Shown piece after piece: positions 10,623-18,872 of a stretch of DNA of 32,601 nucleotides. This stretch comes from Sulfurimonas sp. (GTDB lineage: Bacteria; Campylobacterota; Campylobacteria; Campylobacterales; Sulfurimonadaceae), in the NCBI GenBank assembly GCA_027083475.1, contig JALWON010000007.1, forward strand, positions 1 to 32,601. Direction: 5' to 3'. The translations under genes and the position numbers were made by a program. The notes under the pieces were generated by a model that saw nothing but the letters and a program-made list of their open reading frames with translations, ran no database searches and was not told the DNA's origin. Positions within the stretch are counted from its first letter, which is position 1. Each line of letters opens with the position of its first letter.

Positions 10623-11479
10623 GCAAAGACCTTGTCTAAAATAATAAGTGCAAAAAATGCGATCCCCAAATAGCCGTTGAGTGTAAAAAATGCACGGTCT
10701 ATTTTTGTAAAATCTTTCCGCACGAGGTACTGCTCATAGGCAAGCACAAAACCACTTCCAAACGCTGCTACAAAGGCAAAAAAACCAAGTCCTGCAACCC
10801 AAACAAAAAGAATCCAAAAAATGACGGTGAGTCCATGAAAGAGTGCTGAGATAAAGAGTGCGGCATCTGCACCAAAATGTGATGGAATGGAGTGCAGATT
10901 TTTCTCTTTGTCAAAGTCCATATCTTGCAGGGAGTAGAGTAAATCAAACCCTGCGACCCAAAAAATAACCCCTAAACTCAAAAGCACTGACCAAGGAGGA
11001 ATAGTGGCTGTAACCGCCACCACTCCAGCAATGGGTGCGAGTCCTAAGGAGATACCTAAAATGACATGTGCCAAAGAGGAGAAGCGTTTAAAGTAGGAGT
11101 AGGAACCTAAAACGGCCAAAATGGGAATGCTGAGTGTAAATGCAAGGGAGTTAATCATAAACGCAACAATCACAAAAAGCAGGGCATTGACCCCGATAAA
11201 AATAAGGATACTCGTGCTATCGAGCCGTCCATCGACATTGGGACGGTTTGCTGTACGGGGGTTTTGTGCATCAATATCACGATCGGCATAGCGATTGACA
11301 CCCATGGCAAAGTTACGGGCACTTAATGCTGCAACAATACCAAGGATAAAAAGCCCAAAGCCAAACCAGCCATCTGCGGCAACGACCATCGCGATAAATA
11401 TAAAAGGGAGAGAAAATATGGAGTGCTCAAACATTACGAGTTCATTAAAATCTTTGGCTTTTTTGATGAATGTATCCAT
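10619..11479 (-). CDS. mqnP: UbiA-family menaquinone prenyltransferase (futalosine pathway)
   Basis: FEHSIFSLPF, NRYADRDIDAQNPRTANRP, YSYFKRF, GFDLLYSLQD. Confidence 0.9.
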   Translation of the reverse strand: MDTFIKKAKDFNELVMFEHSIFSLPFIFIAMVVAADGWFGFGLFILGIVAALSARNFAMGVNRYADRDIDAQNPRTANRPNVDGRLDSTSILIFIGVNALLFVIVAFMINSLAFTLSIPILAVLGSYSYFKRFSSLAHVILGISLGLAPIAGVVAVTATIPPWSVLLSLGVIFWVAGFDLLYSLQDMDFDKEKNLHSIPSHFGADAALFISALFHGLTVIFWILFVWVAGLGFFAFVAAFGSGFVLAYEQYLVRKDFTKIDRAFFTLNGYLGIAFFALIILDKVFA

Positions 11480-11533
11480 GGTATTTCCTCGCTTGTATTC
11501 TTGGAGCTTATTCTACCCAAAGTTGTTTTAAAA

Positions 11534-11542
11534 TGATATAAT
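11534..11542 (+). promoter_or_regulatory. Extended -10 promoter (TGATATAAT) of miaA, probably leaderless
   Basis: TGnTATAAT ends 6 nt before ATG 11549; no SD sequence. Confidence 0.65.
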
Positions 11543-11548
11543 AGTGTC

Positions 11549-12427
11549 ATGAAACAAGTGGCAATAATAGGACCAACCGCATCAGGCAAAAGTGATTTAG
11601 CGATTCAACTCGCACAAAAGATGGATGCTTACATTCTCTCTATAGACTCCTTGAGCATTTATAAAGAGATAGACATCGTGAGTGCAAAACCCTCTCCTGA
11701 GGAGCTTTTAGAAGTGCCACATTTTGGGATAAACGAGTTGTCCCCAGATGCATACTTTAGTGTAGATATTTTTCGGGATCTCTACCAAAAAACAGAAAAA
11801 AAATGCCAAGAAGATGGCAAAAATCTTGTTATTGTTGGGGGGACTTCTTTTTATCTTAAATCTTTAATCGATGGCTTATCACAAATACCTGCTATCACTG
11901 AGGATGTCAAACAAAGCGTCAAACAAAAAATGCAAAATTTGCAAGATGTCTATGCGGAGTTAGTACAAAAAGATAGTGCTTATATGCAAAAAATTGCTTC
12001 AAATGACAGGTATAGAATAGAAAAGGCACTTCTGATTTATGAGGCATCAGGGCTTTCTCCCTCTGAGTGGTTTTTGCAAAATCCTCCACAAAAAATTATA
12101 GAAAATTTACCGATATATAACATAGAAGTCTCACGCGAAGTCTTGCGTGAGCGCATTGTTACACGCACCCATAAAATGTTTGCCATGGGTTTAGTAGATG
12201 AGGTGAGTTTTTTGGAACAAAAATACACCCGTTTACCCCATTCTATGGGAGCTATAGGGATTGTTGAAGTTTTGGAGTATTTGGATGCAAAGGTTACTCA
12301 AGAGCAGATGCTTGCAAATATCATCACACATACTGCCCAATTAGCCAAACGCCAACAAACATTTAATAAAACGCAGTTTCGTGGAGTTCACTCTGCACCA
12401 CTTGAAGATTTAGAGGAAATGGTATGA
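11549..12427 (+). CDS. miaA: tRNA dimethylallyltransferase
   Basis: GPTASGKS, DSLSIYKEIDIVSAKP, VGGTSFY, QLAKRQQTF. Confidence 0.97.
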   Translation: MKQVAIIGPTASGKSDLAIQLAQKMDAYILSIDSLSIYKEIDIVSAKPSPEELLEVPHFGINELSPDAYFSVDIFRDLYQKTEKKCQEDGKNLVIVGGTSFYLKSLIDGLSQIPAITEDVKQSVKQKMQNLQDVYAELVQKDSAYMQKIASNDRYRIEKALLIYEASGLSPSEWFLQNPPQKIIENLPIYNIEVSREVLRERIVTRTHKMFAMGLVDEVSFLEQKYTRLPHSMGAIGIVEVLEYLDAKVTQEQMLANIITHTAQLAKRQQTFNKTQFRGVHSAPLEDLEEMV

Positions 12428-13092
12428 ATATTTTAATTGTAGAAGATGATGTTGTCAGTGCAAAACAGCTTGCCCAACTTTTAAAGAGTGAAAAGTATCG
12501 TTGCGATATAGCTTTTGGGTATCATGAAGCGCAAGAGTGTATCGATAAAAATGTATATGCTTTGATACTGCTTGATTGGAATTTGGGAGATGGTGATGGG
12601 CATACTCTTTTGCAAGAAGTGCGTGATTTGGACATTAAAACACCAGTGCTCATGCTCTCAGCAAATGCCGCCATTGATGACAGGGTGGCTGTTTTAGATA
12701 GTGGGGCAGATGATTACTTGTGTAAACCCTACTCCTCTGTAGAGCTCTTAGCCCGCATACGAGCATTACTGCGTCGCGAGAGTGCACAAAAGGTGACACA
12801 CATAGAGATAGCACCCTGCAAGCTTGATTTAGTGAAAAGAGTTGTCACTATGGATGGCAAAGAGGTGCAACTCACCGCTGCAGAATTTGACCTTTTAGAA
12901 CTTTTTATGCAAAACCCAAATCAAGTTCTCACCCGTTATCAGTTAAGTGAGCATATCAATAAAGATAATTACAGTGTCAAACATAGTAATCTTGTGGATG
13001 TGCACATTAAAAATCTCCGTAAAAAATTGGGTAATAAAGAGTTTATACAAAATGTACGGGGTGTAGGCTATAAGGTGAATAAATCTTCATAG
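12424..13092 (+). CDS. OmpR/PhoB-family DNA-binding response regulator
   Basis: REC domain (ILIVEDD, LLDW, GADDYLCKP) plus winged helix (VDVHIKNLRKKL, NVRGVGY). Confidence 0.96.
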   Translation: MNILIVEDDVVSAKQLAQLLKSEKYRCDIAFGYHEAQECIDKNVYALILLDWNLGDGDGHTLLQEVRDLDIKTPVLMLSANAAIDDRVAVLDSGADDYLCKPYSSVELLARIRALLRRESAQKVTHIEIAPCKLDLVKRVVTMDGKEVQLTAAEFDLLELFMQNPNQVLTRYQLSEHINKDNYSVKHSNLVDVHIKNLRKKLGNKEFIQNVRGVGYKVNKSS

Positions 13093-13117
13093 TATCTTCA
13101 TTTTAGAAAGCTAATAT
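13079..13117 (+). promoter_or_regulatory. Direct-repeat box ATCTTCA-N4-ATCTTCA plus candidate -10 (TAATAT 13112-13117)
   Basis: Repeats at 13083-13089 and 13094-13100 with an 11-bp period, the geometry typical of OmpR/PhoB sites. A near-identical copy lies at 26654-26675 on the minus strand. Confidence 0.7.
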
Positions 13118-13140
13118 AGTTAAAATAGTAAGGATATTCC

Positions 13141-14145
13141 ATGATATTTATGAAATTATTTCTCTTTTTCTCGCTCCTCTCCTCTTTGTTTGCAGAGACT
13201 CCAACACAAAAATACTCTTTAGGAGAAGGGGTGCAAGTTGCTCAGTTACCACTCTATGTTGGGGGTTACTTTTCAGCAGATTATCGAGGGATAGATGGGA
13301 ATAATAGTTATCGGTTGAATGATTTGGCACTGCTCTCGTATGGGGCGTACAGTAAATTTTCCTATCTTGCAGAGATTGAGTATAAAAACTTTTATCTCTA
13401 CAATGAAAATGCAGGTAAATACACATCATCGCAAGATAGGAGAGTGCATACAGAGAGACTCTATCTGCACTATGAACTTGATGAAAGGAATGCTTTTACA
13501 TTAGGAAAATATAACACTCCTGCAGGTTTTTGGAACTTATTGCCTATTAATGTTTTACGCGAAACAACATCTATACCTCAAAGCACAATGCTACTTTTCC
13601 CAACATTTACAACAGGAGTATTATGGAACTATAAAAATTATGGAGATGCTACGATAAATGTAGATATTATTGCACAAAATAATGCCGATTTAGACCCGAC
13701 ATACAACAACTATAAACTTGATGAGCATTATGCTTTGGGAATAGCTTATGAAAAAGATAATTTACAAGTGAAATTGAATTTTGGTTTTTTTGATGGTCGT
13801 CCTGCAAATGATGCTTCAAAAGCACTCTATTACTATATGGCATCACTCAAGTATGCTACAGATACCTTAGAAATTTTAGCAGAACTAGGTTCGCAAAAAT
13901 CAACCAATGTTTTTACGACAAAGTATGCAGGCTATCTCCAAGGTGTTTATAAATTCACCCAAAAGCATGCAGGAGTTTTGCGTTTGGAATCGTATGATGA
14001 CAGAGTCCATAGCATACAAGAGGAGATTGCCATTTTTGCTTACTCCTATAGACCTATTTACCCAGTTTCACTGAAGATGGAGTATCAGTTCCACTCTGTG
14101 CATCAAAATAATCAAGTGCAATGCTCTGTGTCGGTACTCTTCTAA
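13141..14145 (+). CDS. Putative outer-membrane beta-barrel (porin-like) protein
   Basis: Signal peptide, aromatic-rich alternating strands, TLGKYNTPAGFWN segment, C-terminal VSVLF (terminal Phe). Confidence 0.75.
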   Translation: MIFMKLFLFFSLLSSLFAETPTQKYSLGEGVQVAQLPLYVGGYFSADYRGIDGNNSYRLNDLALLSYGAYSKFSYLAEIEYKNFYLYNENAGKYTSSQDRRVHTERLYLHYELDERNAFTLGKYNTPAGFWNLLPINVLRETTSIPQSTMLLFPTFTTGVLWNYKNYGDATINVDIIAQNNADLDPTYNNYKLDEHYALGIAYEKDNLQVKLNFGFFDGRPANDASKALYYYMASLKYATDTLEILAELGSQKSTNVFTTKYAGYLQGVYKFTQKHAGVLRLESYDDRVHSIQEEIAIFAYSYRPIYPVSLKMEYQFHSVHQNNQVQCSVSVLF

Positions 14146-14558
14146 TGCTGCGTTTGTTGAAGTTTTTTCTCTTGATTTTATTTGTCACAGCAGTGAGTGC
14201 TAAAGAGTATGCCGTTGTGGCTTCCTTTGCGACACCTCCTCTGAGTCAAAATAAAATACGTGCACTCTTTTTAAAAAAGAGCGAGTATCTTGGCGATACA
14301 AAAGTAGTCGTACTCAATCTTGCATTAGGGAACCCTGTTCGGAGTAGTTTTGAGAAAAAGGTGTTGCATATGAGTCGCCTCCATTTAAAAAGTTACTGGA
14401 CACGGCAGCACTACTTAGGGCATAGACCACCCATCAGTATGAAATCGCAAAAGAGTATGCAGATTTTTCTCAAGAATGTGCATGGAGCAATAGGCTATGG
14501 AGAACTTGGAAAAATAGAGAAAGATTTGCATGTTTTATATAGATGGAGTGATGAGTAA
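14145..14558 (+). CDS. Small exported protein resembling one lobe of a periplasmic binding protein
   Basis: Start moved to ATG 14145 (TAATG overlap). Signal peptide; IRALFLKK...RSSFEKKVL...YW...RPP...GAIGY pattern, seen in small PBP-like proteins encoded next to porins. Confidence 0.7.
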   Translation: MLRLLKFFLLILFVTAVSAKEYAVVASFATPPLSQNKIRALFLKKSEYLGDTKVVVLNLALGNPVRSSFEKKVLHMSRLHLKSYWTRQHYLGHRPPISMKSQKSMQIFLKNVHGAIGYGELGKIEKDLHVLYRWSDE

Positions 14559-16603
14559 TGTTTTTTGCCAAGATAAAAAAATCACTGCGTTTAAAACTCC
14601 TTTTGAATCTTCTCTTCGTAAGTCTTTTGCCTTTTGCACTGCTTTTTACCTATACGGTTGTCTCTATGCAGAGCAAGATTGTAGACAAATCTATCAAAGA
14701 GCAGTATAAGCGAGTGCAGACAATAGCAAGTTTAATGGATGCGCATCTGCAATCTTTACAAAAAGAGTTGCATTTTTTGGCATCTTTAGATTTGATGGAT
14801 GATATTTTAGCGGAGGATATTGATAAACGTGTCTCTATTTTGCTCGCAAAAAAAGCGAGTGATTTAGGAGCAGGTGTAACACTGATGGCACTCACACCCT
14901 CGGGTGTGATTGTTGCTGCAAGTCACAATATGCTGCTCAATGCACCATTTGCTATGCCTTTGGAGCATGCAAAGAATTTTAGCATTGTCAAAGGGAAACT
15001 CTTTTTATATACCAAAATATATGCCTCTTTTAATGCAAACAAAGTTTTAGGGTACCTGGTGCTTCGCTATGATTTAGCACAATTAGATAAGTACTTGACA
15101 CATGAGGCATATATGCACTCTTTTATCACAAATAAGGCAGATTTTTACCTTGGAGATACAACACAATTACAGGTGCATTTAGAAAAAAGCAGTGCAGATG
15201 TGATTACAAAAGAGCATGTAATTGTGTATGAACAACTCGGTGGGATGCTTGAAAATTACTATCTTGTGTATGGTGTCGATAAAAGTTTGGCCTTGAAGTT
15301 CATGTATGATTTTATCTCTTTTATGCTCTATGTGGCACTGTTTGGAATTATTGTTATTGTCTTTTTAGCACTGCGTTACTCAAAAAGTATTGTTCGCCCC
15401 ATAGAAAAATTGACACATGCACTCCAGCATATAGAACAAACGCAAGATTATTCACATACTCTGTCTGTTGAATCAAGTGATGAGATAGGTACACTCACAG
15501 ACTCTTTTAACGATATGCTACTGGTGACTTCTGAGGCATTAGAAGCATTAGGAAGAGAAAATAGATTGCGTTTAGAACGGTTTATTCAACTCATAGAAGT
15601 CTTTAACAGTATTATACAAACTAAAGATGCCAATGAATGTATTGATGTTGCAATGGCGGAGATTGGCAAGATTAACTTAGGGCATGATTTAGCGTTTGTA
15701 AAAACAAAAGTTCCAGATGGGATTGATTTGTATGTGAAGGATTATGAAGCCAATCAAAAGCGCTATTTTGGAACGATTAGGCTTGCTTTAGAGAATTTTA
15801 AGGATACCAATGAGGTGGATTTTTATCACTCTATTGCCAATATGATTATGTTGCAACTTGAAAAAATAGCCCTTATTCAAAGAACAACTGCTATCTCAAA
15901 TGCAAAATCAGCTTTTATTTCGCATATGTCACATGAGTTACGTACCCCCTTGCACTCAATTATTGGGTCGAGCCAATTTTTGATAGCCTATGAAAACATG
16001 AGTGATGCACAGCAAGATACCATTGCCAATATAGAATCCTCTGCCCATTATCTTCTGAACATGATTAATGAGATTTTAGATATTGCTAAAATAGAATCGG
16101 GTAAGATGCAAGTCCATTGTGAACAAACAGACCTGCAAGTAATAGTACAAAATAGTTACAGTATGCTCCAACCACTTGCCGAAGATAAAGGGTTGCAATT
16201 TGAAATCATTGTGCAAAAGGGGCAGAATTTGAGTGTCTATACCGATGCGAAAATTGTGCAACAGATTGTGATTAATCTACTCTCTAATGCAATAAAATTT
16301 ACAGAAAAAGGTTTTGTTCGCATAGAACTTGGAGTAAAAGATGATACAATAGCTCTTGAAATAGTCGATAGTGGTATCGGGATACAACAAGAAGATTTAT
16401 CCTCTTTGTTTGATGATTTTACACAAGTAAATAGCACAAGTGAAAATAGATATAAGGGGAGTGGTTTGGGGCTCTCTTTAAGTAAAAAACTTGCACACTT
16501 AGTTGATGCGGATGTTATCTTGGAGAGTGAGGGATTAGGTCATGGAACACGAGCAATTTTGTGTTTTTTGCCATACTGTTATAGTCAGATGAAAGTGAGT
16601 TGA
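14558..16603 (+). CDS. Sensor histidine kinase (TM-periplasmic Cache-like-TM-HAMP-HisKA-HATPase)
   Basis: HAMP (RPIEKL...DEIGTLTDSFN), H-box SHELRTPL, N-box NLLSNAIKFT, DSGIGI, GSGLGL; no receiver domain. Confidence 0.95.
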   Translation: MFFAKIKKSLRLKLLLNLLFVSLLPFALLFTYTVVSMQSKIVDKSIKEQYKRVQTIASLMDAHLQSLQKELHFLASLDLMDDILAEDIDKRVSILLAKKASDLGAGVTLMALTPSGVIVAASHNMLLNAPFAMPLEHAKNFSIVKGKLFLYTKIYASFNANKVLGYLVLRYDLAQLDKYLTHEAYMHSFITNKADFYLGDTTQLQVHLEKSSADVITKEHVIVYEQLGGMLENYYLVYGVDKSLALKFMYDFISFMLYVALFGIIVIVFLALRYSKSIVRPIEKLTHALQHIEQTQDYSHTLSVESSDEIGTLTDSFNDMLLVTSEALEALGRENRLRLERFIQLIEVFNSIIQTKDANECIDVAMAEIGKINLGHDLAFVKTKVPDGIDLYVKDYEANQKRYFGTIRLALENFKDTNEVDFYHSIANMIMLQLEKIALIQRTTAISNAKSAFISHMSHELRTPLHSIIGSSQFLIAYENMSDAQQDTIANIESSAHYLLNMINEILDIAKIESGKMQVHCEQTDLQVIVQNSYSMLQPLAEDKGLQFEIIVQKGQNLSVYTDAKIVQQIVINLLSNAIKFTEKGFVRIELGVKDDTIALEIVDSGIGIQQEDLSSLFDDFTQVNSTSENRYKGSGLGLSLSKKLAHLVDADVILESEGLGHGTRAILCFLPYCYSQMKVS

Positions 16604-18639
16604 GGATGTTTGGGCAGACAATTATTCAAAGTAGTCAAGAGGGTGTGACCTGTGTTGAGGCTGTGAGTGAAGAGACTATTGCCTATACTACATTAGCCAA
16701 TGAATTGAAACTGCTTCATATTGAGACCTTAAAAACAACTACTGTTATTCGTGCGACGAAGCATGAGAAAAGAGTTATCTTTGCCTTTTCCAAAGACAGA
16801 AGAAAACTTGCTTACATTGATGGTAATACTTTGATGGTTGTAGATACTTTATTGCAAAACAGGAGTCGTCAAGTTGTTGCTAAAGTACTCAACCGTGTGC
16901 ATTTGCCAGAAGAGGCGACACTACTCTGTTTTGATGGGAGTGGACGTTATATTTTTGTAGGGACACAAGAGAACAAAGTTTTACAGTATACATATAATAG
17001 TGATTTTTTGCTCTCAACATATGCACTTTTTGATACTTTTAAAAAAAGGACAAAGGGCATCACAGCCATAGTATTTCAAGATGCTACGATGATTGTCTCA
17101 GGAAACAGGGGAGACCTCTCACAGGTCAATATCTATACAAAGCGAAGTCAGAAAATTTTTGTGAATGAAAGTACAACGATTAATGATATAGAGTTTATAG
17201 ATGAAGATACTCTTATAACGGCTCATGAAAATGGGGATAGTCGGATTGTCAATATCAATAAATTGAATGAGTATAAGAAGTTTGATATTCCCTTCACAAA
17301 AATAAAACAGACACTTTTTTTAGACAATAAAGAGTATATGCTTGTTTGTGGCAATGAAGATTATATAAGCCTTGTCAATGTCAAAACACAAAAAAATATC
17401 CGTTCAAATTATCTCTCTTTTGAGCATGAAGTCGAATCAATGGTTCTTGTTTCTGCGTTTGTTTTAGTGGTTGTTCTACGAGACAACAGCATTGTCCGAG
17501 TGAATTTGGCAACACCACAACAGCTTGAATCGCTGATTTTACATGGGGCATTTGATCAGGCCTATGAACTTGTGCGTAAAGAGCCGCAACTTTTACACTC
17601 AAATGCCTATAGAAAATTAGAAGCGACATATCAAAATATTTTAAATCGTGTCGCAGAAGAGATTCCCTCAGGCAATAAAGAGTTTGCCTTGCAAACAGTG
17701 GATTTTTTTAAAGATGTTCATGTGAAGAAAAAAGAGATTTTGCTTGTTTTAGAAGCATTTGAGCGGTATGAACAGTTTCAAAGTTTAGTGATACAAAGAG
17801 ATTATATTCCTGCTTACAGTCTTGTAGAACGCTACCCGATTTTGAAAAAAACAAAAGAGTTTCGGGTCATGGAAGCGAAGTTTAAAGAGCAGATGGCACA
17901 GGCGCAAGAACTGCTCATTCATGGCAATAAAGAGGGTGCTTATGTGCAACTCAGTACCTATATACGTGTGAAATCAAAAAATAGTATTGTCAAACTCTTT
18001 TTAAATCATGGCGAGGGGTTTTTACCCTATCTTGATTTACTCAAGAAAAAAGATACGGAGGCACTACAAGAGGCTGTTCGCCGAGATAAACACTTTGCAA
18101 AATATGTAGATTCTTTAGGAATAGACTTAAATCTACGCGATATTCGTGCAGAAAAAAGAGTTTTTATTGAGAAATTGATAGATAATGAATCATTTGAAGC
18201 GGCACAAGAAGCTATAGAGGAGATGCAAGAGCATTTTTCCCAAAAGATTTTGCAAAACTTAATGGAGCAACTCGAAGATGCAAAAAAATTGTATCGTTTG
18301 TATGAACTAAAAGAGTTTGCAGAGTGTTTTAACTTTATTGATACCCATGAGAGTGTTAAAAGTGCAAAAATTACACTGCTTCTTGAAGATTATTGGAGAA
18401 AACTCATTATAAAAACTGAAATTTTTTGCATAAACAATGATGTGAAAAATATCAAAAAAATTGTGGAAAAATATAACAATTTAACACAAAGAAAAGCCAA
18501 AATGGATGACTTGACACATGCCATTCTTGCAAAAGAGAATGAAGTCTCAGAGCAAGAAAAAGAGAAAAAATACCATGAGAAGATTTTAAGGGCACCTCTA
18601 AAAACCCTAGTATCTCTCAGAGGGAAGAAAAAAAGATGA
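16600..18639 (+). CDS. Hypothetical protein: WD40-like beta-propeller N-half and helical C-half; last 16 residues come from the MITE
   Basis: 679-aa ORF with repeated beta motifs (FAFSKDRRKLA, CFDGSGRYIFVG, IEFIDEDTLITA). The start (TTG 16600 or ATG 16606) is uncertain. Confidence 0.65.
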   Translation: MRMFGQTIIQSSQEGVTCVEAVSEETIAYTTLANELKLLHIETLKTTTVIRATKHEKRVIFAFSKDRRKLAYIDGNTLMVVDTLLQNRSRQVVAKVLNRVHLPEEATLLCFDGSGRYIFVGTQENKVLQYTYNSDFLLSTYALFDTFKKRTKGITAIVFQDATMIVSGNRGDLSQVNIYTKRSQKIFVNESTTINDIEFIDEDTLITAHENGDSRIVNINKLNEYKKFDIPFTKIKQTLFLDNKEYMLVCGNEDYISLVNVKTQKNIRSNYLSFEHEVESMVLVSAFVLVVVLRDNSIVRVNLATPQQLESLILHGAFDQAYELVRKEPQLLHSNAYRKLEATYQNILNRVAEEIPSGNKEFALQTVDFFKDVHVKKKEILLVLEAFERYEQFQSLVIQRDYIPAYSLVERYPILKKTKEFRVMEAKFKEQMAQAQELLIHGNKEGAYVQLSTYIRVKSKNSIVKLFLNHGEGFLPYLDLLKKKDTEALQEAVRRDKHFAKYVDSLGIDLNLRDIRAEKRVFIEKLIDNESFEAAQEAIEEMQEHFSQKILQNLMEQLEDAKKLYRLYELKEFAECFNFIDTHESVKSAKITLLLEDYWRKLIIKTEIFCINNDVKNIKKIVEKYNNLTQRKAKMDDLTHAILAKENEVSEQEKEKKYHEKILRAPLKTLVSLRGKKKR

Positions 18640-18861
18640 GATTGTGCAAAATCTTTTTTAAAGTTTAGCCTTAGCTATGGCGATGAAAAGTTTTGTGCAA
18701 GATCGCTTTTTTTATCTCTCCCTACGGGGTAACACAGAGGAGCCTACACTCATCGTTACTCTTTCTCACCTTAGCTATGGCTAGGGTTTCAAAAGAGTGC
18801 TTTGATTGTAAACTCCTTTGTGTTACTGAGAGGTACTAGGGTTTTTAGAGGTACCCTTAAA
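18585..18861. mobile_element. MITE-like non-autonomous element with terminal inverted repeats
   Basis: 18585-18620 and 18826-18861 are inverted repeats matching at 34/36 (TTTAAGGGYACCTCTAAAAACCCTAGTAYCTCTCAG), with TTAA on both flanks. No transposase ORF. Two internal hairpins. Confidence 0.85.
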
Positions 18862-18872
18862 CCATTCTCTTG

